Assembly: GCA_016700035.1 (NCBI GenBank)
Contig: CP064998.1
Span: 727,551 to 791,550, forward strand
DNA length: 64,000 bases
From: a bacterium
GTDB lineage: Bacteria > Patescibacteriota > Saccharimonadia > CAILAD01 > GCA-016700035
Reading direction: 5' to 3'
Both the position numbers and the translations under genes were made by a program. Shown piece after piece: positions 55,556 through 64,000 of this stretch. How positions within the stretch are numbered: the stretch's first letter is position 1; each line of letters starts with the position of its first letter. The notes under the pieces are model-generated. The model saw only the letters and a list, made by a program, of their open reading frames with translations, was not told the origin of the DNA and did no database searches.

Positions 55556-56872
55556 TTATGCCCCCTTTGCGAGAAGCATATTCGCCAATGATAGAAAAAC
55601 AAAGAACCCACCCACATCTGTACATGTTGTAATAAAGATTGTGGCCGAAGTAGCTGGATCTTTGCCAAAAGCCTTCATAATAAGCGGTATGACGGCACCA
55701 AAAAAACCAGCAATAATCAAGTTTACCACCATGGCAATCGCCAACACTACTCCCAGCATTGGCGAATGATTAAAGAACGTTGCCACTAATCCGACGATCA
55801 GACCATTAACAGCCCCGTTCATAGCACCAGATAATATTTCGTTTCCAATAAACTTCCAGCCCGAAGCCAGATCAATTTCTTTAAGCACAATGCCACGCAC
55901 CGCTACCGCCATGGTTTGCGTGCCGGCATTTCCGCCCATCCCAGCAACAATTGGCATATAAACTGCTAAAAGAGTGAAGGCTGCAATTGTCTCCTCAAAC
56001 ATCCCCACCACAGAAGCCGCCATAAATGCCGTACCCAGATTAATAACCAACCACAGCCAACGATGCTTAAACTTATCCATCGGTGAATCAAGCGCACCCT
56101 CTTCGTTAGAAACACCAGCAAAACGGAATAGATCTCGCGTGGTGCGCTTATCGAGAATAGCTAAGATATCATCCGAATGAATTACCCCCAATACACTTTT
56201 ATCTTCATCCAATACCACCACTTTGCGATGCGGGTGCTTTAAAAAGGTCGTTACCACCTCTCGCTCATCGGTGTTGTATATGAGTGATGGAAGTCGCTTG
56301 ACGCTGGCACTAATTTTTGCTCGAGCAGGCTTTAGGGCTAAAGCATAGATTGGCAGTTCACCCAGAAGCTTTGACGCCTCATCCATTACCAGAATAATTG
56401 GCGGACGGCCCGTTTCTAAGTCGTGCTTTTCTATTAGTTTAGACACGTTACCAAATGTCTGATCCTGATGCACAATAATATAGTCAACATCCATCATGCC
56501 GGCTGCTGTTTTTGGATGGAAGCGTAATAGAAATTCAACTTTTTCACGTACCTGTTCAGAAAGCTGAGTTGTAAGGTGCTTGGCCTTTTTATCCGGCAAT
56601 AGCCGCATCAAATCGGTTGCTTGATCTGGGTCAACGCTATTAAGTAGCGGGATTAGCTCATGAGTATTCAATCTTGTTACGATTGCCTTTTGCACTCGAG
56701 TAGATTGGCAAACAATTACACGTGCCTGATCAGCCGTTTCTAAGCTACGAAATATCTCCATGCGCTGATGAGGCTTACGTAGTAGTTTTTCAACCACATC
56801 CTTGTCGCCAATCTGACAAACAGCCTGGCTGGTATTTTTCTTTTTTAATAATGAAGCCATGTTAGCCCACAT
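55556..56872 (-). CDS. mgtE: Magnesium transporter MgtE (438 aa).
   Basis: MgtE N-domain, CBS pair (VVVLDEDKSVLGVIHSDDILAIL), a membrane domain with the GNAGTQTMAV motif, and 5 TM helices. Confidence 0.8.
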   Translation of the reverse strand: MWANMASLLKKKNTSQAVCQIGDKDVVEKLLRKPHQRMEIFRSLETADQARVIVCQSTRVQKAIVTRLNTHELIPLLNSVDPDQATDLMRLLPDKKAKHLTTQLSEQVREKVEFLLRFHPKTAAGMMDVDYIIVHQDQTFGNVSKLIEKHDLETGRPPIILVMDEASKLLGELPIYALALKPARAKISASVKRLPSLIYNTDEREVVTTFLKHPHRKVVVLDEDKSVLGVIHSDDILAILDKRTTRDLFRFAGVSNEEGALDSPMDKFKHRWLWLVINLGTAFMAASVVGMFEETIAAFTLLAVYMPIVAGMGGNAGTQTMAVAVRGIVLKEIDLASGWKFIGNEILSGAMNGAVNGLIVGLVATFFNHSPMLGVVLAIAMVVNLIIAGFFGAVIPLIMKAFGKDPATSATIFITTCTDVGGFFVFLSLANMLLAKGA

Positions 56873-56899
56873 TATACCGCTTATGTCATGGATATGCGA

Positions 56900-57700
56900 C
56901 TATATTTCAGTTTGGCGCTCGACTCGCTCAATTGATTTGGCGAGGCCTGTTTTGGTATCAATATCAATAAGTACAGCCGACAACGTAGCCGACCCTGATG
57001 TTGGAACTTCGTGACGACGTGGAGCATCTTCTAGCCAACGGTGAATAATGATTTCTTTTTTTACACCAAGAACTGTATTATCTGGCCCCGTCATACCAAC
57101 ATCGGAAATATGAGCTGTGCCCCTTGGCAATACTCGCGCATCAGCCGTCGGCACATGAGTATGCGTACCAACTACGGCACTTACTCGCCCATCAAAATAG
57201 TGGCCCGATGCAATTTTCTCACTCGTGAGATCTCCGTGCAGATCAATGAGTGAACCAGCTAGCTTCTCGCCAGTGTATTTTTTAAGAATTTCGTCGGCAA
57301 TTTTTAGTGGATGGGATAGTTCCGATTGATCGGCATTATAGCGAGATCCCTCAATAGAAATGAGAAGAAATTTTCCATACGGCGTATCAAGTGTCAGTGA
57401 ACCACGACCCGGCCGAGAATCTGGGTAATTAGCCGGGCGTAAAACCGGTATTGAATGGTCTTCAAAGTACGGGTAAAAAACGGACTTCTTAAAACTATGG
57501 TTTCCACCAGTAAACGCATCCACGCCCGCATCCATCAACTCCTGAATAGCTTTTATTGTCAGCCCATTTCCAGTTGTCATATTCTCAGACTGAGCAATGA
57601 CGAGGTCTAGCTCCAGCTCCGTACGCAAGCCCGGTAAGAGCTTCTGCACTGTGCGGCGACCAATCCGCGCCACCACATCACCAATAAAAAGGGCTTTCAT
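56900..57700 (-). CDS. ymdB: YmdB-like metallophosphoesterase (TIGR00282; 2',3'-cyclic-nucleotide phosphodiesterase family), 266 aa.
   Basis: MKALFIGDVV...GNGLT...GNH pattern. Located immediately downstream of rny, as in Firmicutes. Confidence 0.7.
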   Translation of the reverse strand: MKALFIGDVVARIGRRTVQKLLPGLRTELELDLVIAQSENMTTGNGLTIKAIQELMDAGVDAFTGGNHSFKKSVFYPYFEDHSIPVLRPANYPDSRPGRGSLTLDTPYGKFLLISIEGSRYNADQSELSHPLKIADEILKKYTGEKLAGSLIDLHGDLTSEKIASGHYFDGRVSAVVGTHTHVPTADARVLPRGTAHISDVGMTGPDNTVLGVKKEIIIHRWLEDAPRRHEVPTSGSATLSAVLIDIDTKTGLAKSIERVERQTEI

Positions 57701-57702
57701 GG

Positions 57703-59217
57703 CTATTTCGCGTACTCCTCGGCGCGAGTTTCACGAATCACGTTTACCTTAATTGTGCCTGGATATTTAAGCGTTGCTTCGATTTTTGTGGCAATTTCTT
57801 GTGCCAGCTTGATTGCTGATAGATCATCAATCTCGGCCGGACGTACAAATACACGAATTTCTCGACCGGCCGACATGGCATAGGTTTTCTCTAGCCCCGG
57901 AAATGTATTGGCGATATTCTCTAAGTCTTTCATGCGCTTAGCGAAGTTCTCCACTGAATCCCCGCGTGCACCTGGTCGGCCAGCTGAGAGCGCATCGACC
58001 GCACGCACAATCACCGCCTCGGGAGTTGTAGCTTCGATATCATCATGATGAGCCTCGGCGGCGTGAATCGTTGGTTCATCCAAGCCATATTTTTCAAGCA
58101 ACACACGGGTGAGATGATGATGCTTGCCTTCCATCTCGTGCGTTACAGCTTTGCCCAAATCATGCAAATAAGCAGCCCGTCGCGAAATACGTACATCTGC
58201 GCCAACTTCTTCGGCAATCATTGCCGCCAGGTGCGCCATCTCCACCGAGTGCTTTAAAACATTTTGAGAGTAGCTGGTGCGAAATTTCATCGAACCCATG
58301 AGGCGAACAATTTCTGGTGGCAAGCCGACCACACCGGCATCTCGCCCGGCTTCTTCGCCAGCTTTTTTGATCTCATCCTCAATCTCATTTTGGGCTTTCT
58401 TAACCACCTCTTCGATACGTGCAGGATGTATCCGCCCATCTTTTATAAGTTTCTCTAAGGCCACTCGTGCAACCTGACGCCGAACTGGATCAAAGCCAGA
58501 TAGCACCACAACGCCGGGTGTTTCATCAACCAATATATCCACACCGGTAGCCCGCTCGAGAGCCTGAATATTGCGTCCTTCTTTACCAATAATTCTTCCC
58601 TTTACATCATCACTTGGCAATACGACAGTGGTTACCACGCGCTCGGTAGCAACCTCATTTGCCATGCGCTCCATTGCCTCCACCATAATTTCCGAAGCGT
58701 TGTGATCGGCTGTCTCCTTGGCTTCACGTTTGCGCTTTTCGATGTACTCAACTAAGTCATGCTTAATTTCTTTCTCGGTCATTTCCATAATTTTTTTTGT
58801 AGCATCGGCCTTTTTTAGCTTAGCAATTTTTTCTAGATTCTCTTCCTGTTTTTTACGGATTGTCCGTAACTCATCTTTAATGGCATCAATCTCTTTCTCG
58901 CTAGATTTTAAATTATCACTCTTGCGCTCTAAATCAGAAAACTTAGCATCTAGACTAGCTTCTCGATTAGCTACGCGTTTTTCTGCATCATCCAATTTTT
59001 CGCGCCGACGCCGTTCATCGGCTTTCGCCTCTTCGGCTATCTTCACCGATTCTTCTTTGGCGGCAAGGGTAATTTCTTTAGCCTTAGCTTTAGCACTATC
59101 AACTACTTTTTTTGCCTCACCTTCCGCAGATTTGGAGCGGTTTTTATCATAGACTGACTTTGCCCCTACACCAGCAACGAGCGCAACAACTGCAACGCCA
59201 AGTGTAATTGGTTCCAT
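57703..59217 (-). CDS. rny: Ribonuclease Y (N-terminal TM, coiled-coil, KH and HD domains), 504 aa.
   Basis: KH GRIIGKEGRNIQALE. HD motif AAYLHDLGKA. A Lys/Glu-rich coiled coil follows the TM helix. Confidence 0.85.
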   Translation of the reverse strand: MEPITLGVAVVALVAGVGAKSVYDKNRSKSAEGEAKKVVDSAKAKAKEITLAAKEESVKIAEEAKADERRRREKLDDAEKRVANREASLDAKFSDLERKSDNLKSSEKEIDAIKDELRTIRKKQEENLEKIAKLKKADATKKIMEMTEKEIKHDLVEYIEKRKREAKETADHNASEIMVEAMERMANEVATERVVTTVVLPSDDVKGRIIGKEGRNIQALERATGVDILVDETPGVVVLSGFDPVRRQVARVALEKLIKDGRIHPARIEEVVKKAQNEIEDEIKKAGEEAGRDAGVVGLPPEIVRLMGSMKFRTSYSQNVLKHSVEMAHLAAMIAEEVGADVRISRRAAYLHDLGKAVTHEMEGKHHHLTRVLLEKYGLDEPTIHAAEAHHDDIEATTPEAVIVRAVDALSAGRPGARGDSVENFAKRMKDLENIANTFPGLEKTYAMSAGREIRVFVRPAEIDDLSAIKLAQEIATKIEATLKYPGTIKVNVIRETRAEEYAK

Positions 59218-59384
59218 AATTCACCTCTTTTCTTAACATCAATTAGCAGTCGGTGGAGCTGCTCAATTGGTTAAATAATAATGTGTTGTATTTCAAAAAA
59301 TAATCAAAAACAGATTTACGGTACATTACTATTGTTCGCCTTTTTACAAGTAAGTGCAAGCGTGAAGCGTGTATACTGATAGCT

Positions 59385-59822
59385 ATGAAGATGGGTCCCG
59401 ATATTCCAGATAGTTATTATCGAGTTAGTGTAAAAGCTCTCGTTACCGATGAAAATAACCACATACTCGTAGTTAATGAGCGTGGTACAGGCTGGGGTTT
59501 GCCTGGTGGTGGCCTAGATTGGGGAGAAAGTGCTGAAACCGCCCTCGAGCGTGAGATTTGGGAAGAGCTTGGTTGTGCTGCGCAAATAGAGGAACAGCCC
59601 GTACTCATATCGCCAGCTCATGCCCACCCATATAACCAGCATGTACTTTGGATTATCTATCGGGCCAACATTAAGCCAGAAGAAATTAAGCGTACTAACA
59701 ATGTGGTTGATGCTAAATTTATGACTATCTCAGAGCTGAGAAAAAATGAGGAAGACTATGAGATGAAGTGGGAAAGCCCAATCAGTTTCTGGAATGAGCT
59801 AGAAAAACTTATTACTATATAA
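59385..59822 (+). CDS. NUDIX hydrolase (145 aa).
   Basis: Nudix box GLPGGGLDWGESAETALEREIWEELG. Confidence 0.75.
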   Translation: MKMGPDIPDSYYRVSVKALVTDENNHILVVNERGTGWGLPGGGLDWGESAETALEREIWEELGCAAQIEEQPVLISPAHAHPYNQHVLWIIYRANIKPEEIKRTNNVVDAKFMTISELRKNEEDYEMKWESPISFWNELEKLITI

Positions 59823-59964
59823 AAGCTGCTTAAACACCGTATCAAGGGTATAAAATATCAAGTTGTTCCACCAATACACGGACCAATATTATCGCGCATG
59901 GCAACAAAATCAGCCTCGTCTTGAGCGGAAAATAGTACCAATTTTTGAATACGCTTATCCATGG

Positions 59965-60357
59965 CTACTGCCTAGGTTTCGTTATATTTGGTTCACGATC
60001 ATAGGTGGGCGCTACATAGTTGCCCGGCTTGGTTGATTTTAGCTTCATCGCGCCACCTGTAAGCCAATTCTCACCTTCGCCAGCTACCACGGCAATACCA
60101 TGCGAATAGGCTAGGGCATTAGCCACTGTCGCACCTATACGCAAACCAGTAAATGAACCACTGCCAGAAAAAATGATTATGCCAGTCAAAGCTTGTGTAC
60201 CTACACTATTATCTGCTAAAAACTCATCAATCTTACTTACTAACGTGGTGGCCAATGCACGATGAGCTTCCCATGAGTAATTAGCCTGCGTATTCCCTGC
60301 CTCATCAAGTAAAACTAACTCCGCTACTGGCTTATCGGTACGGATGGCTAAAATCAT
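59965..60357 (-). CDS. tsaB: tRNA t6A37 biosynthesis protein TsaB (YeaZ), short form (130 aa).
   Basis: MILAIRTD...FSGSGSFTGLRIGATVANALAY is the pattern of the YeaZ N-terminal domain. Confidence 0.55.
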   Translation of the reverse strand: MILAIRTDKPVAELVLLDEAGNTQANYSWEAHRALATTLVSKIDEFLADNSVGTQALTGIIIFSGSGSFTGLRIGATVANALAYSHGIAVVAGEGENWLTGGAMKLKSTKPGNYVAPTYDREPNITKPRQ

Positions 60358-60857
60358 GTTATTGACTCCAATTCTTGCCTAACATCATTAAGTCTATTTT
60401 GAGTTGATTCGCCTGTACCAAAAATATCGTAGCGACGAGTCGACTCATCAATAAACTTTACTTCCACCACAAATCTATCCGCTATAAGGTGCTCACGAAA
60501 GTGGTCTGCCCACTCCACACAAATAATAGTGTCACCACCAACAATAACTTCGCGCATTTCCTCTAGCAAGATTTCATCTTCGCCTAGTCTATATAAATCA
60601 TAATGCTCAAGCCTACCACCTCTAGGTATTTTATAGGAGCGCTGAATGTTATAGGTTGGACTCGTAACAGTCTGCCCTATCCCCAGTCCAGCAGCAATCC
60701 CCTTAATGAAGGCTGTTTTACCACCACCTAAATCACCCACAAACTCCAGCACATCGCCCAGCTGGAGAACTTCTCCTAGCTTATGACCGAGCGCTAAACT
60801 TTGCCCGTAGCTTCGTGATAAAAGATGTAATCTCTGGTCGGTATTCATATATTCCAT
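60354..60857 (-). CDS. tsaE: tRNA t6A37 biosynthesis ATPase TsaE (YjeE), 167 aa.
   Basis: P-loop GDLGGGKTAFIKG...VTSPTYNI is typical of TsaE. Confidence 0.65.
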   Translation of the reverse strand: MEYMNTDQRLHLLSRSYGQSLALGHKLGEVLQLGDVLEFVGDLGGGKTAFIKGIAAGLGIGQTVTSPTYNIQRSYKIPRGGRLEHYDLYRLGEDEILLEEMREVIVGGDTIICVEWADHFREHLIADRFVVEVKFIDESTRRYDIFGTGESTQNRLNDVRQELESIT

Positions 60858-62088
60858 ATCCTAACGCAAGTACCCCTAGCCCGGCTACTAGCCACACCCA
60901 CGGTACTGTCTGTGTCTGCGCATCGACAGGATCGGATGCACCATTTGAAACTGAGGCACTGGCTGTTTTTGCAAGCTTTGGTGTCTTTGTTTTTGCAGAG
61001 GTTGCTTTCTTTTTTGCAGATTTAGCAGAATCTTTCTTAGATTTAGTCTTCGAGCTAGCCGCCGCTACAACATCTTCCTTAGCCAATGCAGTATTAACCG
61101 CATTTGGTGTTACTGACGCTAACCAACCCCAGCCCTCTACAGTCACACCAAATGATAGACCTTCTTTTGCATCCACGTAATTTGGTGTTTCCATCACGAC
61201 ACTCCCAGATGGATCAAGCAGTGAGATTGTGTCGCCAGAATTATTTAGAGATAATTTTGTCTGTGCCGACATCAGCGCCTTATATTGACCCGGAGCTAAC
61301 ACCGTTCCGTCTAGCTTTGCCGAATGCCCAGCAGCATCTTGTAATTTCCATCCTGCTAGACTAACAGCTTCAGAGCCGGCATTATAAAGCTCTATAAATT
61401 CATCCGAGCTGTCACTGGCTGGGTTTTTTGGATCTGGTAATAACTCGGTAATCTCAATACTTACATCTACTGCAGCTACCGTATCGATAGTTAGTGTAGT
61501 GGGACTCACAACTCCTTCAGTATTGTTCGCTAAAGAAGTCTCTAAGCTGACCACCTCAAAATCATTACTATTATCCCCAGTATCCACGCCAACTCCATTG
61601 CTGTCGATCTTTCGTGAAAGCTCATTGCCGGGCGATAGAGCCACCGTAGCAACCCCCTCTGGGGCATCTCCAGCACCCCAAGCAACCGCATCTAAAATGC
61701 CTCCCTTGGCATCAATCAGGCGCAGATTGCCATCTTTCTGCGCAAAACCACTGGTCATCTCCGCATCACGTTCTCGCTTAGTGGCAAAGATATACTGTTG
61801 TCCAGCAGATATTAATACTCCATCTCCAACTCGAGCTTTTTCATACCAACTCTTACCCGTAGCTGCTTTATACTCAATGGTATACCCACTAATATCTAGT
61901 GTTTCGGATGATGTATTAATAATTACAATAAACTCATCTGATGCATCAGTTTTTGAACCGAAAAATGCCTGACTGATTAATGCGTGAGATGTATTTTGTA
62001 CTAAATTAGACTCCGCAGCATTAACATTTTGTACAAACGGAACCAGGGCCATCGCAGAAGCCAACATCCCAAATAATATTCGTTTCAT
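60781..62088 (-). CDS. Secreted/anchored protein with two lamin-tail domains (LTD), a signal peptide and a C-terminal TM anchor (435 aa). Its 3' end overlaps tsaE by about 70 nt.
   Basis: LTD motifs SDEFIVIINTS and ITELLPDPKNPASDSSDEFIELYNAGSEAV. Signal peptide MKRILFGMLASAMALVPFVQNVNA. A Lys/Ser-rich linker precedes the C-terminal TM helix. Confidence 0.55.
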   Translation of the reverse strand: MKRILFGMLASAMALVPFVQNVNAAESNLVQNTSHALISQAFFGSKTDASDEFIVIINTSSETLDISGYTIEYKAATGKSWYEKARVGDGVLISAGQQYIFATKRERDAEMTSGFAQKDGNLRLIDAKGGILDAVAWGAGDAPEGVATVALSPGNELSRKIDSNGVGVDTGDNSNDFEVVSLETSLANNTEGVVSPTTLTIDTVAAVDVSIEITELLPDPKNPASDSSDEFIELYNAGSEAVSLAGWKLQDAAGHSAKLDGTVLAPGQYKALMSAQTKLSLNNSGDTISLLDPSGSVVMETPNYVDAKEGLSFGVTVEGWGWLASVTPNAVNTALAKEDVVAAASSKTKSKKDSAKSAKKKATSAKTKTPKLAKTASASVSNGASDPVDAQTQTVPWVWLVAGLGVLALGYGIYEYRPEITSFITKLRAKFSARS

Positions 62089-62225
62089 TTATTCCCCCTT
62101 ATTTTCAACTGTTAAACACCATACAGCAATAAAAAACCGAAAGTAAAGCGTATGCACAATACTTTCTTAAAAAACGACACCAATCACCCGCGTGTAACTT
62201 GCTTATGCTAAAATAGATGTTAATT

Positions 62226-64000
62226 ATGCGTATCTCTGTCGAAACACTCAAAAAACTCCTTATTTCGAGCGGTAAAGTAACGCCCGAAGTTTTAAAGCAA
62301 GCTGAAACTACTGCCGCGCAAACCAGCCAGCCACTAGAGCAAATCGTTATTCATCGACACATAATTGGTGAGCGTGAGCTGGTGGCACTATATGCAAAAA
62401 GCCTTAACCTCCCCTATGTTGACCTCACTAATGTCAAGATACCTCGAGAGATACTGTCTCGAATTCCCGAGCGAATCGCTAAAAAATACCAGGTCGTTCT
62501 ATTTGGTCAAAACCCTAAAACTCACGGTTGGCAACTTGCTATGTCCGACCCCGAAGATGTACAGGCTGTTGATATAATTGACAAACAACTGGGCGGTAAC
62601 CTACAAGTTTATGTGGCGACACAAAGCGATATTCTAACGGTCTTAGATCAATATCGCACTGGCCTTGATAATGAGATCAATAAAGCAATCCGTGAGAGCG
62701 CCACAACTGGTGATGGAGCCACCAAACAGGATACAGTGAGTGCCGAAGACATCTCGGAAGATGCTCCGATCGCCAAAACAGTCAATATCATATTGGAGTA
62801 TGCAGTAAAAAGTGGTGCTTCGGACGTACATATTGAACCGCGCGAGGGCATTGTGCAAATCCGCTATCGTATTGATGGTATTTTGCGCGAGTCAATGACT
62901 CTACCGCGTCAAATATTACCAGCCGTAGTCAGTCGTATTAAAATACTTGCCAATCTTAAAATAGACGAACATCGCGTCCCTCAAGATGGTCGTTTTAAGG
63001 CTACAATTGGTTCTAAAACAGTTGCTATTCGTGTTGCCACCCTGCCAGTTATGGAGGGTGAAAAAGTAGTAATGCGAATTTTAAATGAATCCACAAAAGC
63101 CGCTACCTTAGAGGAACTGGGTTTTTCCGGGCAAGCATTGTCCTCAATTAAAAATGGAATCAAGCAACCAGACGGCATGATACTCGTAACTGGTCCAACC
63201 GGTGCTGGAAAATCTACTACGCTCTACAGCGTATTGACACTTATGAATACTCCGAGCGTGAATATATCGACCATTGAAGATCCGGTAGAGTACCGTGTTC
63301 CAGGAGTTAACCAAACACAGGTCAATACTCAAGCTGGGATGACCTTCGCAAATGGATTGCGGGCGCTACTACGTCAAGATCCCAATATCATTATGGTGGG
63401 AGAGATTCGTGATGCCGAAACTGCCGACTTAGCTATCCAAGCCGCCCTCACCGGCCACACCGTACTCTCTACGCTCCATACCAATAACGCTGCCACCACC
63501 CTACCACGGCTCCTCGATATGAACATCGAACCGTTCTTGATTGCTACCACTGTAAATACAGTCATTGCTCAACGTCTAGTGCGTAAGCTCTGTACAAAAT
63601 GCAAAACCCCCTACACACCAAGTGGATCTCTGTTAGATGAAATTGAGTCTACCTTTGACTTAACTCGTGTACTACCCCATCTTAATACCGAATCATCGGC
63701 CACAGATACCCCTCAACAAGCTTCTGCCTCTGACCCTACCCCAGCTCCAAAGCCAATTGCCGATACCGCCCCAATTCGCAAAGACTCATCTCGAAAAGTT
63801 ATCCCCGTACCAGAAAATCTTGACCTCGAACGACGTAGTATTCTCGATCGTATCGCTCAAGACCCAAATATTATCGATCGCCCATCGGGAGACGGAGACG
63901 ACTCATCGATTGGGTTGCCAACAGACAATATCAAACCAAATCCAGTTCAACCACCACAAGCTACTGGTGAAGACAAAATCCAGCAAATTGTCGAGGGACC
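62226..64000 (+). CDS. pilB: Type IV pilus / type II secretion ATPase PilB/GspE. It is 3'-partial and runs off the window. A low-complexity insertion follows the zinc-ribbon CxxC.
   Basis: ATG at 62226 with an open frame to the window end. T2SSE_N-like N-terminus (LPYVDL...IPERIAKKYQVV). Walker A GPTGAGKSTTL. Asp box, His box TGHTVLSTLHTN. CTKCKTPY tetracysteine motif start. Missing from the ORF track because it has no stop in the window. Confidence 0.8.
   Translation, partial: MRISVETLKKLLISSGKVTPEVLKQAETTAAQTSQPLEQIVIHRHIIGERELVALYAKSLNLPYVDLTNVKIPREILSRIPERIAKKYQVVLFGQNPKTHGWQLAMSDPEDVQAVDIIDKQLGGNLQVYVATQSDILTVLDQYRTGLDNEINKAIRESATTGDGATKQDTVSAEDISEDAPIAKTVNIILEYAVKSGASDVHIEPREGIVQIRYRIDGILRESMTLPRQILPAVVSRIKILANLKIDEHRVPQDGRFKATIGSKTVAIRVATLPVMEGEKVVMRILNESTKAATLEELGFSGQALSSIKNGIKQPDGMILVTGPTGAGKSTTLYSVLTLMNTPSVNISTIEDPVEYRVPGVNQTQVNTQAGMTFANGLRALLRQDPNIIMVGEIRDAETADLAIQAALTGHTVLSTLHTNNAATTLPRLLDMNIEPFLIATTVNTVIAQRLVRKLCTKCKTPYTPSGSLLDEIESTFDLTRVLPHLNTESSATDTPQQASASDPTPAPKPIADTAPIRKDSSRKVIPVPENLDLERRSILDRIAQDPNIIDRPSGDGDDSSIGLPTDNIKPNPVQPPQATGEDKIQQIVEG

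Noticed and set aside
1-64000. CRISPR arrays, rRNA genes, prophage structural genes
   Set aside because: No short regularly spaced direct repeats, no rRNA-like conserved segments, and no capsid, terminase or tail ORFs were recognised. The only regular repeats are the 105-bp tRNA-associated array and the intragenic 61-bp repeats.

Overview
This 64-kb window looks like a low-GC (about 45%) genome of a CPR/Saccharibacteria-like bacterium. The lineage call is inference from gene content and architecture, not from a database hit. The left 40% is a putative ~25.4-kb integrative conjugative element (ICE). It is bounded by a 19-bp direct repeat at 5146-5164 and 30474-30492. That repeat is the 3' end of a minus-strand tRNA-Glu(UUC) at 30474-30548. 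A large serine recombinase gene reads into that tRNA. The element carries a Gram-positive-type type IV secretion (T4SS) module: a VirD4-like coupling protein, a CHAP peptidoglycan hydrolase, a split VirB4 ATPase, VirB3-like, VirB6-like and pilin-like proteins. It also carries a single-HKD PLD/Nuc-like nuclease, an IS481-like DDE transposase, and a giant FG-GAP/Fn3 surface protein translationally coupled to a MacB-type ABC transporter. The most notable cargo is a complete diversity-generating retroelement (DGR): a target gene with a C-terminal variable region (VR), an Avd accessory gene, an asparagine-codon-rich template repeat (TR), and a reverse transcriptase with the DGR signature motif. TR and VR differ only at template adenines. 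Four further promoterless VR-like 3' cassettes are scattered around the DGR; they may be silent cassettes or relics. Outside the element, a paralogous giant surface protein lies to the left. To the right are ordinary chromosomal genes (GH1 glycosidase, enolase with a proline-rich tail, pgk, a two-component system, a PLP decarboxylase divergently paired with a GAMT-like methyltransferase, M16 peptidase, ABC-F ATPase, greA, hisS, GT39, mgtE, ymdB-rny, NUDIX, tsaB/tsaE, a lamin-tail-domain protein, and a partial pilB). There are seven tRNA genes in total, plus a tandem ~105-bp repeat array carrying tRNA 5' fragments. Four GC-rich (~57-60%) islets are candidates for horizontal acquisition, one of them a PRTase gene interrupted by an in-frame TAG. 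No CRISPR array or rRNA was found.
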